A stretch of 64,000 nt of DNA, taken from assembly GCA_041655935.1 (NCBI GenBank), contig JBBAEK010000005.1:3034-67033 (forward strand), written 5' to 3'. The DNA comes from Eubacteriales bacterium (GTDB lineage: Bacteria > Bacillota > Clostridia > Oscillospirales > CAG-272). Position numbers and translations under genes: made by a program. Each line of letters opens with the position of its first letter. The stretch's first letter is position 1. Shown one piece after another: positions 27,764-37,893 of the stretch. The notes under the pieces were generated by a model, which made no database searches, was not told where the DNA came from, and saw only the letters and a list, made by a program, of their open reading frames with translations.

Positions 27764-28663
27764 ATGCACTCACCGCTTCTGAAAGATTGTGTGCTCTGCC
27801 CGCGGGAATGCCACGTGGACAGAACTGCCGGCGAAAGGGGCTATTGCCGCATGACCGCGGAGCTGGTCGTGGCAAGAGCGGCGCTCCACCACTGGGAGGA
27901 GCCCTGCCTCTCCGGGGAGCGGGGTTCCGGCACGGTCTTTTTCTCGGGCTGTGCGCTGGGGTGCGTCTACTGTCAGAATCACCCCATTGCCGAGGGCAAG
28001 GGCAAGCTCATCACTATCGACAGACTCGCGGAGATTTTCCTTGAGTTGCAGGCGCAGGGGGCACACAATATCAACCTGGTCACCCCCGACCACTATGTCC
28101 CGCATCTCATCGAGGCGATCCGCCGCTCCCGCCGGGCCGGCCTTGCGCTGCCCATTGTCTACAACTGCAGCGGCTATGAGAAAGTAGCCGCCTTACAGCT
28201 CCTGGAGGGCCTCATTGACATCTACCTGCCCGATCTCAAATATCTGTCGGCCGAGCCCGCGGATCGGTACTCACAGGCCGGTCAGTACTTTGCGGTGGCG
28301 GCGGCGGCGATTGCTGAGATGGTGCGGCAGGTCGGGGCCCCCGTCTTTGACGGGCAGGGCATCATGCAAAAAGGGGTGCTCGTCCGGCATCTGACATTGC
28401 CGGGCCGGCTCGGGGACTCCAAGAGAATCATCAGGTATTTGCACGAGCGTTACGGCGAGCGGATATTTCTCAGCATTATGAACCAGTACACCCCCTGCAC
28501 CCGAGACCCGGCATACCCGGAACTGCACCGGAAAGTTTCACCTGCAGCGTATGAGGCGTTGGTGGACTACGCCATTGACATCGGGGTAGAAAACGCCTTC
28601 ATACAGGACGGGGAGGCCGCTCTGGAGAGCTTTATCCCCGAGTTTGACAACACCGGGGTCTGA
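27764..28663 (+). CDS. radical SAM protein, PflX-like (pyruvate formate-lyase activase homolog)
   Basis: CPRECHVDR...GYC N-terminal cluster and the radical SAM motif GCALGCVYCQN. Confidence 0.75.
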   Translation: MHSPLLKDCVLCPRECHVDRTAGERGYCRMTAELVVARAALHHWEEPCLSGERGSGTVFFSGCALGCVYCQNHPIAEGKGKLITIDRLAEIFLELQAQGAHNINLVTPDHYVPHLIEAIRRSRRAGLALPIVYNCSGYEKVAALQLLEGLIDIYLPDLKYLSAEPADRYSQAGQYFAVAAAAIAEMVRQVGAPVFDGQGIMQKGVLVRHLTLPGRLGDSKRIIRYLHERYGERIFLSIMNQYTPCTRDPAYPELHRKVSPAAYEALVDYAIDIGVENAFIQDGEAALESFIPEFDNTGV

Positions 28664-28706
28664 CCGGCAGGTATCAGGAAATCATCCGATAGAGAGGGAA
28701 TCTGCT

Positions 28707-30056
28707 ATGACAGAGTACATTCACGAATCCGGGCGCGACATCCCCGTTTGCGCCGAAGCGGACATTTGCATCGCGGGCGGCAGTTGCACGGGCGTTTTTG
28801 CGGCCGTTCGGGCGGCGCGCATGGGGTGCAGGGTCATCCTTTGTGAGGAGATGAACGCGCTGGGCGGCGCGGCGGTCCACGGGCTGGTCAATATCTGGCA
28901 CACGCTGTATGATACCGAGGACAAACAGCAGGTCATCGCCGGGCTCACGGCGGAGGTCCTGGAACGCCTGCAGGCACTCGGCGCGCTCACGGTATCGCCC
29001 CTGCGCAGCTCAAGCTACAACTTCAACCCCTGTGAACTGGCGATTGAGCTGGACCGGCTGACCGACGAGCACAAGATCGAGGTGCGCTTCCACACCCGGG
29101 TGTGCGGTGTGCTGACCGACGCCCGGAGGCTGCAGGCGGTCCTGGTGGAGGACCAGAGCGGCAGGCGCGCCATTCGGGCGTCCTTTTTCATCGACTGCAC
29201 CGGCGACGGCGACCTTGCCGCGAGGCTCGGACTTGAAAGTTTCGTGAACCCGTACATCCAGCCCCCCACGGCGTGTTTCCACCTGCAGGGGGATATGACG
29301 GGCGTGAACCTTGGCGAGCTGGTGCGCGAGCACGGGGCGGAGTTCGGACTGGGAGACGACTGGGGCTGGAGCACCGGCGTCGCGGGTTGCCGGGGCATCA
29401 CCATGCGCGCCGATCACCACGTGTTCGGCGTCCGCTGTGACATCGCCGAGGACCTGACAAGGGCGGAAAAAACCGGCCGCGCCCAGATGCGGGCGTTTGT
29501 ATCGCTGCTGAAAAAGTACGGCCGGCCGGACACCCACTATGCGATTACCAACTTCGCGTCTTATATCGGGATACGGGAAACCGTCCACTACGTGACGAAA
29601 TTCCGCGCGGACGAACTCAGCCTCCTGACCGGCCGCCGGTATGACGCGCCGGTGCTGAACGGCACGTACCCGACCGACCGGCACCATGCCGAGGACATGG
29701 GCATCTCCTTCAAGTACCTGGACGGCACCATGCGCACCATGTACGGCAAGGGCACGCGCACCGTGACCGGCAACTGGCGGGAGGAGCTCGGCATCACCAC
29801 CCCGCCCGCCACCTATTACCAGCTTCCCTTTGAGGTGCTCCTCCAGGAGCGGTGGGAGAACTTCCTCTGCGCGGGCAGAATGATCAACGCCGATGCCGGC
29901 GCCTTCGGCGCGCTGCGGGTCATGGTCAACCTGAACCAGCTGGGGGAGGCGGCGGGCTGTGCGGCGGCGATCTGCCTGGACGAGGGGCGCGCGGTGCAGG
30001 CCATCGACCCCAAACAGGTGACCTCGGCGCTCCGAAAGGGCGGCTCGGCCGTATAA
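28707..30056 (+). CDS. FAD-dependent oxidoreductase (FAD_oxidored-type)
   Basis: Dinucleotide-binding motif DICIAGGSCTGVFAAVRAARMG..V.L.E....GG. The ATG at 28707 is preceded by AGAGAGGGA. Confidence 0.7.
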   Translation: MTEYIHESGRDIPVCAEADICIAGGSCTGVFAAVRAARMGCRVILCEEMNALGGAAVHGLVNIWHTLYDTEDKQQVIAGLTAEVLERLQALGALTVSPLRSSSYNFNPCELAIELDRLTDEHKIEVRFHTRVCGVLTDARRLQAVLVEDQSGRRAIRASFFIDCTGDGDLAARLGLESFVNPYIQPPTACFHLQGDMTGVNLGELVREHGAEFGLGDDWGWSTGVAGCRGITMRADHHVFGVRCDIAEDLTRAEKTGRAQMRAFVSLLKKYGRPDTHYAITNFASYIGIRETVHYVTKFRADELSLLTGRRYDAPVLNGTYPTDRHHAEDMGISFKYLDGTMRTMYGKGTRTVTGNWREELGITTPPATYYQLPFEVLLQERWENFLCAGRMINADAGAFGALRVMVNLNQLGEAAGCAAAICLDEGRAVQAIDPKQVTSALRKGGSAV

Positions 30057-30115
30057 GGCTTGAGCGTTCGGGCGGCAACCGCCGGCAGAGGTCAAACAGC
30101 GCTGCTCGTTTTGAC

Positions 30116-30186
30116 ACAAAAAAATCCGCCCTCAGCCGCCGCTGAAACCCTTTCTGCGGCAAGCATGACGGCGGATTCTTTTTTTA
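30116..30186. terminator. bidirectional terminator-like hairpin
   Basis: AAAAAAATCCGCC...(inner hairpin GCCGC/GCGGC)...GGCGGATTCTTTTTTT, with an A-run 5' and a T-run 3'. Confidence 0.55.
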
Positions 30187-30716
30187 ACTTTCCCGGATGG
30201 ATGAGTGAGCTCCGACCAAACAGGCCACCCCGTGCGATCACCTGTCCGAAGTCGGGCAAAACAGTATCTGAAAACTCGTTTCCTTGCGCAGGGCACAGCT
30301 TTTGGTTTGAGCGGTCAGGACGGCTTGCATGGTGGCGCTTTGGACCTCGCGCACCTCGTCCGCATAGAGCACGATGTCCTGCCCCGGCCGGGTCAGCGTG
30401 TGGAAAGCCACTCCTTTGGTGGCAGGGATATCCGCGAACCAATACCGCCGCGGGTGGCAGAGGGAGAACGCGGCCACATGGCGGGTGTTCGGCTCGACCG
30501 TCCCCGGGCTGACTGTGGCGACGCCCTGCACCGCTTGGGGCCGGTTTCACGGTCATACGCCGTGTCTTGAGGGGCGCCTTTGAAGTTTTGGGAACGGTAA
30601 GCATGGTCCGGGTCCCGCCATGATGTGCGGTGTCACATGTTGACATCTCCTGATCCGACCGTGGCAACTTCCGTCAGGGACAGCCTTTTGACGCTCCCTG
30701 ACACAGGTGTCCTGCG

Positions 30717-31643
30717 TCATTTGCCTTTGACGAACACCGGGTTGGTATAAGCGATCTTGCCGCGGCTGTCCACGCACTCACAGCGCACAAAAGTTTCGTT
30801 TCCCTTGACCTGATAGGTGGCAGAGGTGACGCCTGATTGATTGACGCTTTTTCCCCGACACTCATAGGTGATAAAGTGAATGTGCTCACAGGGCGAACAT
30901 TCGATATACATCGTTTGCCCGTCAATGCCGAAATCATAAATTTCAGGCCCGGTCGAGGCGTAGAAACTGCCCTTTTTGATTTGCCCGAGCAGGTCTTTTT
31001 GGGTCAGGCGGTCGGCTTTCACGACAATCCACCCGCCAAACATGTCATGTTCCGGGTTGGCGCTGTGGCAGTCGTCCGTGGCGAACAAATACACCTGTTT
31101 GCCCTCCCGCAGACAGCAGTCAATCAGATAGTCGCTGTGCCCGGTGCGGTTGGTCGCGTCACAGGTTTGGTTGTACACTTCAATGCCGACGTGCCCGTTC
31201 AGTTTGCTCAGTTCCCTCAGCGTCATTCTGGACCATACCGGGTGAGCCACAATGCACAGTTGCCCGTCCGAGATCATCTCGTCCAGCAGCATTTGCCCGT
31301 CCTGCTCCAGGTCAAGGAGCGGATACTTGACCAGCGGCTGAGACACCCGTTCGGTATGCTCGCGCTCGCTGATGCCCACGATATGAATACAGTGATCGGG
31401 CGTTGCCGTTTCCGGGCCGGAGATATTCCTTTCCACGCCCGCCAGCGCAATAAAATCCTCCGAGCACAGATCGGGGTAAGCGGCAAGAATATTGTGATCG
31501 GTCAGCGCCAGAAACGAGTATCCGTGTTGCTGATACGAATTTACCCGTTCCTCCGGCGTTTGCTTCCCGTCGGTCACCGTTGAATGTGTGTGCAGGTTGC
31601 CCTTGTACCAGTTGCCTGTCGCCGAAAAATAAGACTGTTTCAT
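30717..31643 (-). CDS. PHP-domain metallophosphoesterase
   Basis: N-terminal GNLHTHSTVTDG and LALTDHN motifs of the PHP fold. Confidence 0.7.
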   Translation of the reverse strand: MKQSYFSATGNWYKGNLHTHSTVTDGKQTPEERVNSYQQHGYSFLALTDHNILAAYPDLCSEDFIALAGVERNISGPETATPDHCIHIVGISEREHTERVSQPLVKYPLLDLEQDGQMLLDEMISDGQLCIVAHPVWSRMTLRELSKLNGHVGIEVYNQTCDATNRTGHSDYLIDCCLREGKQVYLFATDDCHSANPEHDMFGGWIVVKADRLTQKDLLGQIKKGSFYASTGPEIYDFGIDGQTMYIECSPCEHIHFITYECRGKSVNQSGVTSATYQVKGNETFVRCECVDSRGKIAYTNPVFVKGK

Positions 31644-31760
31644 AAAAAACCTCCCGCAAAATAAATCAAAATTTAATCTTTGGTTTTACCGGTTTTTTCA
31701 GATCCGTACTTTTGCGTGCCGGCGTGCTCCTTTTGGTGCCGGGCAAACCATCAGGCAGAC

Positions 31761-33047
31761 TTACACCACGTCGCAGATGAGCACCCAGTCGCAGCCCTTG
31801 CCTTGCGTGGGCGGCACCAGCAGTACGTCGTCCTGCGGCACCACGCCAAACAGCGTTTCCGCGCCGGTTCGGGGGTCAAACCACGACACCTTCACTGCCC
31901 GCCCGTCATCCGTCAAGTTCTTTAGGTGGGCTCGGATGGGTTGTCCGAGGGGGGTATAGATAAAAGCGTAGCGATTTCCCCGTCCGGCGCTGAAGTGGGC
32001 CATGATATACGGGTCGTCCTCGACCAGCTCGGGGGCATGCCTGAACTCGAAGTACGGCCGGCTGAGGCGCAGCTGTTTCACCAGGACCGCCTCCCTCACG
32101 CCCGGGTGGTGCAGCACCTCCTGCCAGCGGTAGGGGAAGTACGCGGACGGCTCCTGACAAAACGACCAGACCGCGTGGTTGCCGTAGGTATGCCCGCACA
32201 CGCCCTCCATCAGGTTCCAGTAGGTGTTTTGGCGAATGTCGTGCGCGTCCCATAAGTACCCGATTTTCGCGTCAAAACAGGCAGGGTGGTCCTCATAGCG
32301 CGTCTCCATATCCATAAAGGGCTTGCAGACCGCCCGGCCGGTGCGGCGCAACAGTGACCAGCTCGCATATCCCGCCAGCGCGTGGGAGGATTGCGTGGTA
32401 TGAAAATCAATGTAGGCTCGGTCCCCCACATCATCCGCCGAGGAGCGCCCGCCGCAGGGGTGGAAGGTGATCAGGTGCTCCCCATGGTCTCCCTCCCGCA
32501 CTCCGGCGGCCATCGCATCAATGACGGCATGATGCAGCGGGCTCTCGAGGGGGCGGTCTCCTCCGAGCACCCAGATGATATTCCACTGCGCTCGGTATCG
32601 CTCCCCAAGCCATTTGGCGTACACAAACGCATTGTCCGGGTCAAAAATTTCGGGGCCCTTTCCCCATTTTTGGTTGAACTTGTCGCCCCAGGTGGGGAGC
32701 AGCGCGACAAACAGGCCGTACTCCGCGGCTTTTTGAATCACATAGTCGGCATGCGCCCAGTAGTGATACTCGCCGGAACAGTCGGGCAGGGTCGGGTCAT
32801 ACACGCCGTCCGACTGCAACAGCGGGCAGCGCCCGTAGCGATTGGGCACAGACAAGCCCTCAAACTCGGCGAGCGCGGCCACCTGTATCGTGTTGAATCC
32901 CTGCGCAGCGCGCAAGGACAGGTACTCGTCGGCCTCCTCACGGCTCAGCCCGTGGAACAGCTCCCACGCCGTGTCGGCCAAATAAAAGAACGGCTCGCCC
33001 GTCGTGGTCATAAGGAAACGATTGCCGTCATGTACTTTGAGTTTCAT
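31761..33047 (-). CDS. glycoside hydrolase, DUF4038/GH140-like with C-terminal beta domain
   Basis: GEPFFYLADTAWELF...AAQGFNTIQV is typical of the DUF4038 TIM-barrel N-terminus. The ATG at 33047 has GGAGG 5 nt upstream (the ORF track starts at 33143). Confidence 0.6.
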   Translation of the reverse strand: MKLKVHDGNRFLMTTTGEPFFYLADTAWELFHGLSREEADEYLSLRAAQGFNTIQVAALAEFEGLSVPNRYGRCPLLQSDGVYDPTLPDCSGEYHYWAHADYVIQKAAEYGLFVALLPTWGDKFNQKWGKGPEIFDPDNAFVYAKWLGERYRAQWNIIWVLGGDRPLESPLHHAVIDAMAAGVREGDHGEHLITFHPCGGRSSADDVGDRAYIDFHTTQSSHALAGYASWSLLRRTGRAVCKPFMDMETRYEDHPACFDAKIGYLWDAHDIRQNTYWNLMEGVCGHTYGNHAVWSFCQEPSAYFPYRWQEVLHHPGVREAVLVKQLRLSRPYFEFRHAPELVEDDPYIMAHFSAGRGNRYAFIYTPLGQPIRAHLKNLTDDGRAVKVSWFDPRTGAETLFGVVPQDDVLLVPPTQGKGCDWVLICDVV

Positions 33048-33114
33048 CGGACACCTCCGTGCGGGTTGTTTTACCGGCGCGCCGGCGCGGCAGGTCAGGG
33101 CAGATAATAAAACG

Positions 33115-33143
33115 AGTATAGCACAGTCGGTAGGGGAAGTCAA
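33115..33143 (-). promoter_or_regulatory. minus-strand promoter (TTGACT-17-TATACT)
   Basis: The reverse complement of 33138-33143 is TTGACT, and of 33115-33120 is TATACT, with a 17-nt spacer. It is upstream of the GH140-like gene. Confidence 0.5.
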
Positions 33144-33397
33144 TCAGTTCAGGCACAGTTTTCACGCTATGGAAAAGAGCGGCAACACAGGGGAAAAGAC
33201 ACACGCAGGGCGCAGGCAAGGGCACTCTTTGGTCTGTCGCTCGCAGCGGGGGAGGCATGGCCCATCGCCACCGCGCGCCTCCTTTGCCCCGGCCCCCCTC
33301 TTGTCCGTTGCCCGTGACAGGAAAAACCGCCCTGCCTCTGCTGCGGCAAGACGGTTTTCGCGCTTTGTTTTCGCCCCGGAACGCGCTGTCCGGAACC

Positions 33398-34003
33398 TCA
33401 GCAGACCAGGTCTGCCAGCTTTTCCACCGCGGCGGTGTCGTCAATGCAGGTGGCGTGTTCCTTGATGTAGGCCATTTCCATGGCACCGCGGTGACAGGTG
33501 CCGTATTCCTCGATAAAGCTGAATTCGCTGATATGCCCCCCGCCCCCCCCGGAGCGGAAATGTTCCTGCAGCACTAAGTAAAACCGCCCGTTGTCGGCGT
33601 GGTAAGCGGAGCTGACGGTATTGTAGCCGCTGCGGTAGAGGGAGCGGCAGACGCGCAACAGCTTTTCCAGTTTGTCAAAAGAGTAAATGCAGGTGCGCAT
33701 GGACAGCATGGCGACACTGCGCGAGCGCGCCAGGGTATCGGTGACGGCAGGGGAGACCCCCGACAGCTTGGTCACAAACATCTCACAGCCCCCGTCTCTG
33801 GAGGGATACACCTGGATCAACACTTTGTCGGTCGCGGCGTCAAAACCGGTGCGCTGCTTGACCTCGTCGAGTATCTGCCAGAAAGCGCGGCGGGTCTCGG
33901 TGTTGTCATAATCTATCTCGTCAGAGCGAATTTCATACTTTTCCATATCATCAGCACTCAGCATCACCTTTAGTTTGGAGTCGCTGATCAGTATCAGTTC
34001 CAT
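33398..34003 (-). CDS. mecA: adaptor protein MecA
   Basis: MELILISDSKLKVMLSADDMEKYEI...RAFWQILDEV... is a typical MecA N-domain. The ATG at 34003 has an AGGAAAGGAA RBS. Confidence 0.8.
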   Translation of the reverse strand: MELILISDSKLKVMLSADDMEKYEIRSDEIDYDNTETRRAFWQILDEVKQRTGFDAATDKVLIQVYPSRDGGCEMFVTKLSGVSPAVTDTLARSRSVAMLSMRTCIYSFDKLEKLLRVCRSLYRSGYNTVSSAYHADNGRFYLVLQEHFRSGGGGGHISEFSFIEEYGTCHRGAMEMAYIKEHATCIDDTAAVEKLADLVC

Positions 34004-34196
34004 ATGTAGCTTCCTTTCCTCTTTCACACAAGTAAATGCCGCAACAGATGCCTAAGCGGGCCCTATGTATGTATCGGCGCACCATGCCGGCGCATGGTTT
34101 GTCAGCTTTCGGTGCCTCCGGTTGCTTCTCATTAGCATTATACTCGAAAGGGCAAAAAAGCGAAACGCAAACTTTCAGGAAGGGAAGGCAATGGTT

Positions 34197-34234
34197 GGGA
34201 AAAAGAAAAGGAAAGGCGCAGTTTTTGCCTTTCC
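34197..34234 (-). terminator. intrinsic terminator after tsaB (minus strand)
   Basis: The minus strand reads GGAAAGGC-aaaaactgc-GCCTTTCC followed by TTTTCTTTTTCCC. Confidence 0.6.
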
Positions 34235-34363
34235 ATCTTGAAATTACATCAGGGCAGCGCAGGGGAGAAGAAAACCATAGGGCGCCCATGCCCGGGGGGA
34301 CACCCATGCCCCAGGAGGGACACCCGCGCCCCGCGATACCGTGCCGCATGGCACCGCTGACGA

Positions 34364-35080
34364 TCAGCCGTTCGGGGCAGCCTTTTCCTGCTCGGCCCTT
34401 TCCCGTTCGGCTTGCGGGGCGCGCAGATAGGTGGGCAGGAGGTCTTGCTCACTGACCGCCTCCCCGCGCAGAAAAGCACGGTAGGCACAGCGGGCGACCG
34501 CCGCGGCACTTTGCAGTCGCAGGGGGAGGGGGGTCTGTGCCGGCGGGAGGGAGGCCCGGCGCAAGCAGTCGCGGGCAAGGTTATCGCCGTCGCCGCAGAG
34601 GTAAAGGTTCATGCCGGTATAAGCGACCAGCTCCCCGCACAGCGCCTCCGGCGATATCGCGCGGTCCGGGGTCAGGCGCACCAAAGCTCCGTCTCGGAAT
34701 GTAAACAAAGCGTTATATAGCTGATTCCGCCGCGCATCCATCACCGGGCAGTACAGCCCCTCCAGCGGGACCAGATTTTCCGCCAAAGCCTCCAGCGTAC
34801 TGACCCCCACGCAGGGCTTGCCCCGCCCGAACGCCAGCCCCTTGACGATGGCCGCCGCAATCCGCACTCCGGTGAAGGAGCCGGGGCCGGCCGTGACGGC
34901 GAACAGGTCAACATCGGCCACCGTCAGCGAGAGGCTCTGCAGCACCGCCTCCGCCATGGGCAGCAGCTTTTCACTGTGGGTCAGCCCGTTGTCACAGACA
35001 AAAGAAGCCAGCACACGCCCGTCCTCACACAGGGCGGCGGATGCGGCCTTGGCGGTGCTGTCCAGCGCTAAAATCTTCAT
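34364..35080 (-). CDS. tsaB: tRNA t6A37 biosynthesis protein TsaB
   Basis: MKILALDSTAKAASAAL...GPGSFTGVRI motif. It overlaps tsaE. Confidence 0.85.
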   Translation of the reverse strand: MKILALDSTAKAASAALCEDGRVLASFVCDNGLTHSEKLLPMAEAVLQSLSLTVADVDLFAVTAGPGSFTGVRIAAAIVKGLAFGRGKPCVGVSTLEALAENLVPLEGLYCPVMDARRNQLYNALFTFRDGALVRLTPDRAISPEALCGELVAYTGMNLYLCGDGDNLARDCLRRASLPPAQTPLPLRLQSAAAVARCAYRAFLRGEAVSEQDLLPTYLRAPQAERERAEQEKAAPNG

Positions 35081-35556
35081 GAACTCACCTCTTTCGGACG
35101 ATGCCCTTCCTGTAGCAGCTCATCGGGGATACACACCGAAATCCGGCGGGCGCCCTCCTCCTCGGCACGGCAGAGGGTGACGCAAACGGCATCCGCAGGC
35201 AGTAGAGAGCCCAGGCGCTCGGACCATTCGCACACGGCGTACCCCTCCCGCGCCAGATACTCCTCAAAGCCGATGGCAAAAAGGTCGTCCTCGTCCCCGA
35301 TGCGGTACAGGTCAAAGTGAAACAGGGGCAAAGTGCCTGTGGGGTGCTCGCGCACCAGCGTATAGGTGGGACTTTTTACCCCCAAAATGCCCAGAGCACG
35401 GGCAAACCCCCGGGTAAAAGCCGTTTTTCCCACACCCATCTCGCCGTACAGGGCGACAAAGGCTTGCCTCCGGCGGGCGTCCAGCAGTCGCTGTGCCACC
35501 TGTTCGCCGAGCCGCTCGGTCTGCTCGGGAGAGGTGGAAAGGCAGTGATAGGTCAT
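35077..35556 (-). CDS. tsaE: tRNA t6A37 biosynthesis ATPase TsaE
   Basis: P-loop GEMGVGKTAF, SPTYTLV and HFDLYRI motifs. Confidence 0.85.
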   Translation of the reverse strand: MTYHCLSTSPEQTERLGEQVAQRLLDARRRQAFVALYGEMGVGKTAFTRGFARALGILGVKSPTYTLVREHPTGTLPLFHFDLYRIGDEDDLFAIGFEEYLAREGYAVCEWSERLGSLLPADAVCVTLCRAEEEGARRISVCIPDELLQEGHRPKEVSS

Positions 35557-36749
35557 GGCAGCCTCCCCCCGTCCTCCCCGTCACCAGACGACCCCGTCAG
35601 GTAGCGCAGGGTGGTCTCGTAGGCTTGCCGCAGGGCTTGCGCTTCGGTCGAGACGGGGTCAAATCCCTTGCGCTTCACGGCGCGCAGCAGCGTGTTTTTG
35701 GGGGTGTCGTCCGGGTCAATGAACTCCACGGCAACGGCACGGTACCCCCGGCTCCGCAGTCTGAGCAGCCGCAGACCGTCGGTGGCGGCCTCGGCGAGCT
35801 TGTTGCGCAGGTGCGGCTCGTCAATGATAAAGGAAAGGTCGGGCGTGCGCAGCTTGCCATTCAGGTCATGGTGACAGCAGGGGGTGGAGAGGATGACCCG
35901 CGCCCCCAGCGCCGCCGCCCGATCTAACACCAGGTCGGTGGCAGTGTCGCAGGCATGCAGGGACACCACCAGGTCAGGCTGCCTGTCGGCGGGGATGTCG
36001 GCGACGTCCGCCACCAGAAAGCGCATCCCCTCAAAGCCGACCGCACGGGCGACCTCCCCGCAGTAGGCAATGACATCGGCCTTCAGATCCACGCACAGCA
36101 TGTCCACCTGCCTGCCGCACAGATGGGTCAGGTAGTGGTACAGGGCAAAGCTCAAATAGCTTTTGCCGCAGCAAAGATCATACACCAGCAACGGCCCCTC
36201 GGCGGGCAGGGCGTCCTCGATGTCCCGCACATGCTCCAAAAAGCGGTTGATCTGACGGAATTTCGCCTGCCGCTTGTCATGCACGCGCCCGGTCGCGTCC
36301 GAGATGCCCAGCGCCAGGAGGAATGGCTCCTCCCCGCTGAGCAGGCGGTTGACCGCGCGGTCGAGCGGGCGCACCTCGGCGCGCGGGAGGGCGCCCGCCG
36401 CCATCGCCCTGGCAAGGGCAGCGCCGCCGAGCAGGGTTTCCTTGCCTTTTTTGGAGCGCAGGAATTCGGCGCTCCCCACCGTGGTATAGAGATGCACACG
36501 GTCATACCCCTCCACCAGGGGGGCGAGCGCCTCCTCCGGCACGGGCAGGGCCAGCGACACTTGTGCCACCTTGCCCCCCGACAGCGTTTGCTCAAAGGCG
36601 AGTACCGGTTGCCCCCGCCGCTGTGACAGCCGCGCTGTCTGCTTTTCGGGCTGTCCGGCATGGGGTTTGGAGAAAATCAGCTTGGTTAGGGTTTGATTTT
36701 GGGCGGCTTGCACGAGCAGTGCCAGCAGGGCCCCTGATAAATCTGTCAT
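35553..36749 (-). CDS. class I SAM-dependent methyltransferase (Methyltransf_32-like)
   Basis: VYDLCCGKSYLSFALYHYL...VSLHACDTATD motif. The ATG at 36749 lies just after the plsY stop. Confidence 0.65.
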   Translation of the reverse strand: MTDLSGALLALLVQAAQNQTLTKLIFSKPHAGQPEKQTARLSQRRGQPVLAFEQTLSGGKVAQVSLALPVPEEALAPLVEGYDRVHLYTTVGSAEFLRSKKGKETLLGGAALARAMAAGALPRAEVRPLDRAVNRLLSGEEPFLLALGISDATGRVHDKRQAKFRQINRFLEHVRDIEDALPAEGPLLVYDLCCGKSYLSFALYHYLTHLCGRQVDMLCVDLKADVIAYCGEVARAVGFEGMRFLVADVADIPADRQPDLVVSLHACDTATDLVLDRAAALGARVILSTPCCHHDLNGKLRTPDLSFIIDEPHLRNKLAEAATDGLRLLRLRSRGYRAVAVEFIDPDDTPKNTLLRAVKRKGFDPVSTEAQALRQAYETTLRYLTGSSGDGEDGGRLP

Positions 36750-36754
36750 ATCGG

Positions 36755-37471
36755 TTACTTGGAAAAGGAGATTTTGGACTCCTCCCCGCGCCACAGCCGG
36801 CGCAGGTTGGAACGGTGCATCCAGATCACGAAAGCGGCGAGCGCAAAGGCAAAGACGACGAGGTGCAGGGGGATGCCGGGCCCTTCAACGAACAGCGGAA
36901 AGAGGGTGTGCAGCAAGAGCGGATACAGCGCCACGCACACCACCGAGCCCAGCGACATATAGCGGGTGAAAGCCACAATGATCACAAAGCACACCAGCTC
37001 TATCGCAAACACCACCGGATTCAGCAGCAAAATGGCGGCGGCGGCGCAGAGCACCCCCTTGCCCCCCTTGAAGCGATAGAAAACGGGGAAGACATGCCCC
37101 GTGATGCAGAAAAACGCCGCCAGATAGCCCCCCTGTCCCAAGCTAAAAGGGCCGACATACTGCAGCCCCATAAACAGCCCGCCGACCAGCACGGCCAGCA
37201 CGGTTTTCGCAAGGTCACCGAGCAGGGTGAACAGGGCGGCCTTCTTGCCGTACACCCGCAGCATGTTGGACATGCCGGCGTTGCCGCTGCCATGCCGGCG
37301 TATATCGTCGGCGTAGAGCAGTTTGGAGATCACAATGGCGGAGTTGACGCTGCCAAGCAGGTAGGGGATGGCGATGGCCATCAGGGTGCAAAACAGCGTG
37401 CTGAGGATCAGCCAATTCTCATTGACAAATCTGAAATAGGTATACAACCCGTTTTGAAACAACTCAAGCAT
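36755..37471 (-). CDS. plsY: glycerol-3-phosphate acyltransferase PlsY
   Basis: GSGNAGMSN, FKGGKGV motifs; polytopic. Confidence 0.85.
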   Translation of the reverse strand: MLELFQNGLYTYFRFVNENWLILSTLFCTLMAIAIPYLLGSVNSAIVISKLLYADDIRRHGSGNAGMSNMLRVYGKKAALFTLLGDLAKTVLAVLVGGLFMGLQYVGPFSLGQGGYLAAFFCITGHVFPVFYRFKGGKGVLCAAAAILLLNPVVFAIELVCFVIIVAFTRYMSLGSVVCVALYPLLLHTLFPLFVEGPGIPLHLVVFAFALAAFVIWMHRSNLRRLWRGEESKISFSK

Positions 37472-37476
37472 ACAGC

Positions 37477-37728
37477 TTATCCTTTGCCTTTCCGGAACAG
37501 ATTGCGCAGGCGCGCGCGGTTTTTCGCCGCCAGGGCAGCGGTCTCCTCCGGCAGCGCCCGGATCTCGGTGAGTACCCCGTCGGTGAGGGTCAGGGACAAC
37601 ACATCACCGGGCCGCAAGGTGGGGTAGTCGGCTTGGGGCAGATGAAACTGCCGCTCGTCCTGGACGGACAGGCACACCAGTACTCCTTCTTCCACCCGGT
37701 CCAAAGAAGCACGGATCACCTCAGTCAT
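37477..37728 (-). CDS. DUF3006 family protein
   Basis: ASLDRVEEGVLVCL...LPQADYPTLRPGDVL. The start at 37728 was chosen for its AAAGGGG RBS spacing. Confidence 0.55.
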   Translation of the reverse strand: MTEVIRASLDRVEEGVLVCLSVQDERQFHLPQADYPTLRPGDVLSLTLTDGVLTEIRALPEETAALAAKNRARLRNLFRKGKG

Positions 37729-37893
37729 GGGAGTCATCCCCTTTCGCTTGGTAGCGGTCAAGCTACCGTGATGCTCACAATTATAGCAGAAAAAGAGGCA
37801 AAGTCAAGAAATCGGGCCAAATATCTTGCAAAAACCCCCGCCCCTAGGGTATACTATCCCATAGATAATATAAAATAGAAAGAAGGGATACTG

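Noticed and set aside
33144-33397. GC-rich 250-nt gap with several 60-150-aa ORFs on both strands (33004-33465, 33028-33486, 33167-33349).
   Set aside because: All are Arg/Pro/Ala-rich with no start context. The region is better explained as the promoter and leader of the GH140-like gene plus the 3' UTR of mecA.
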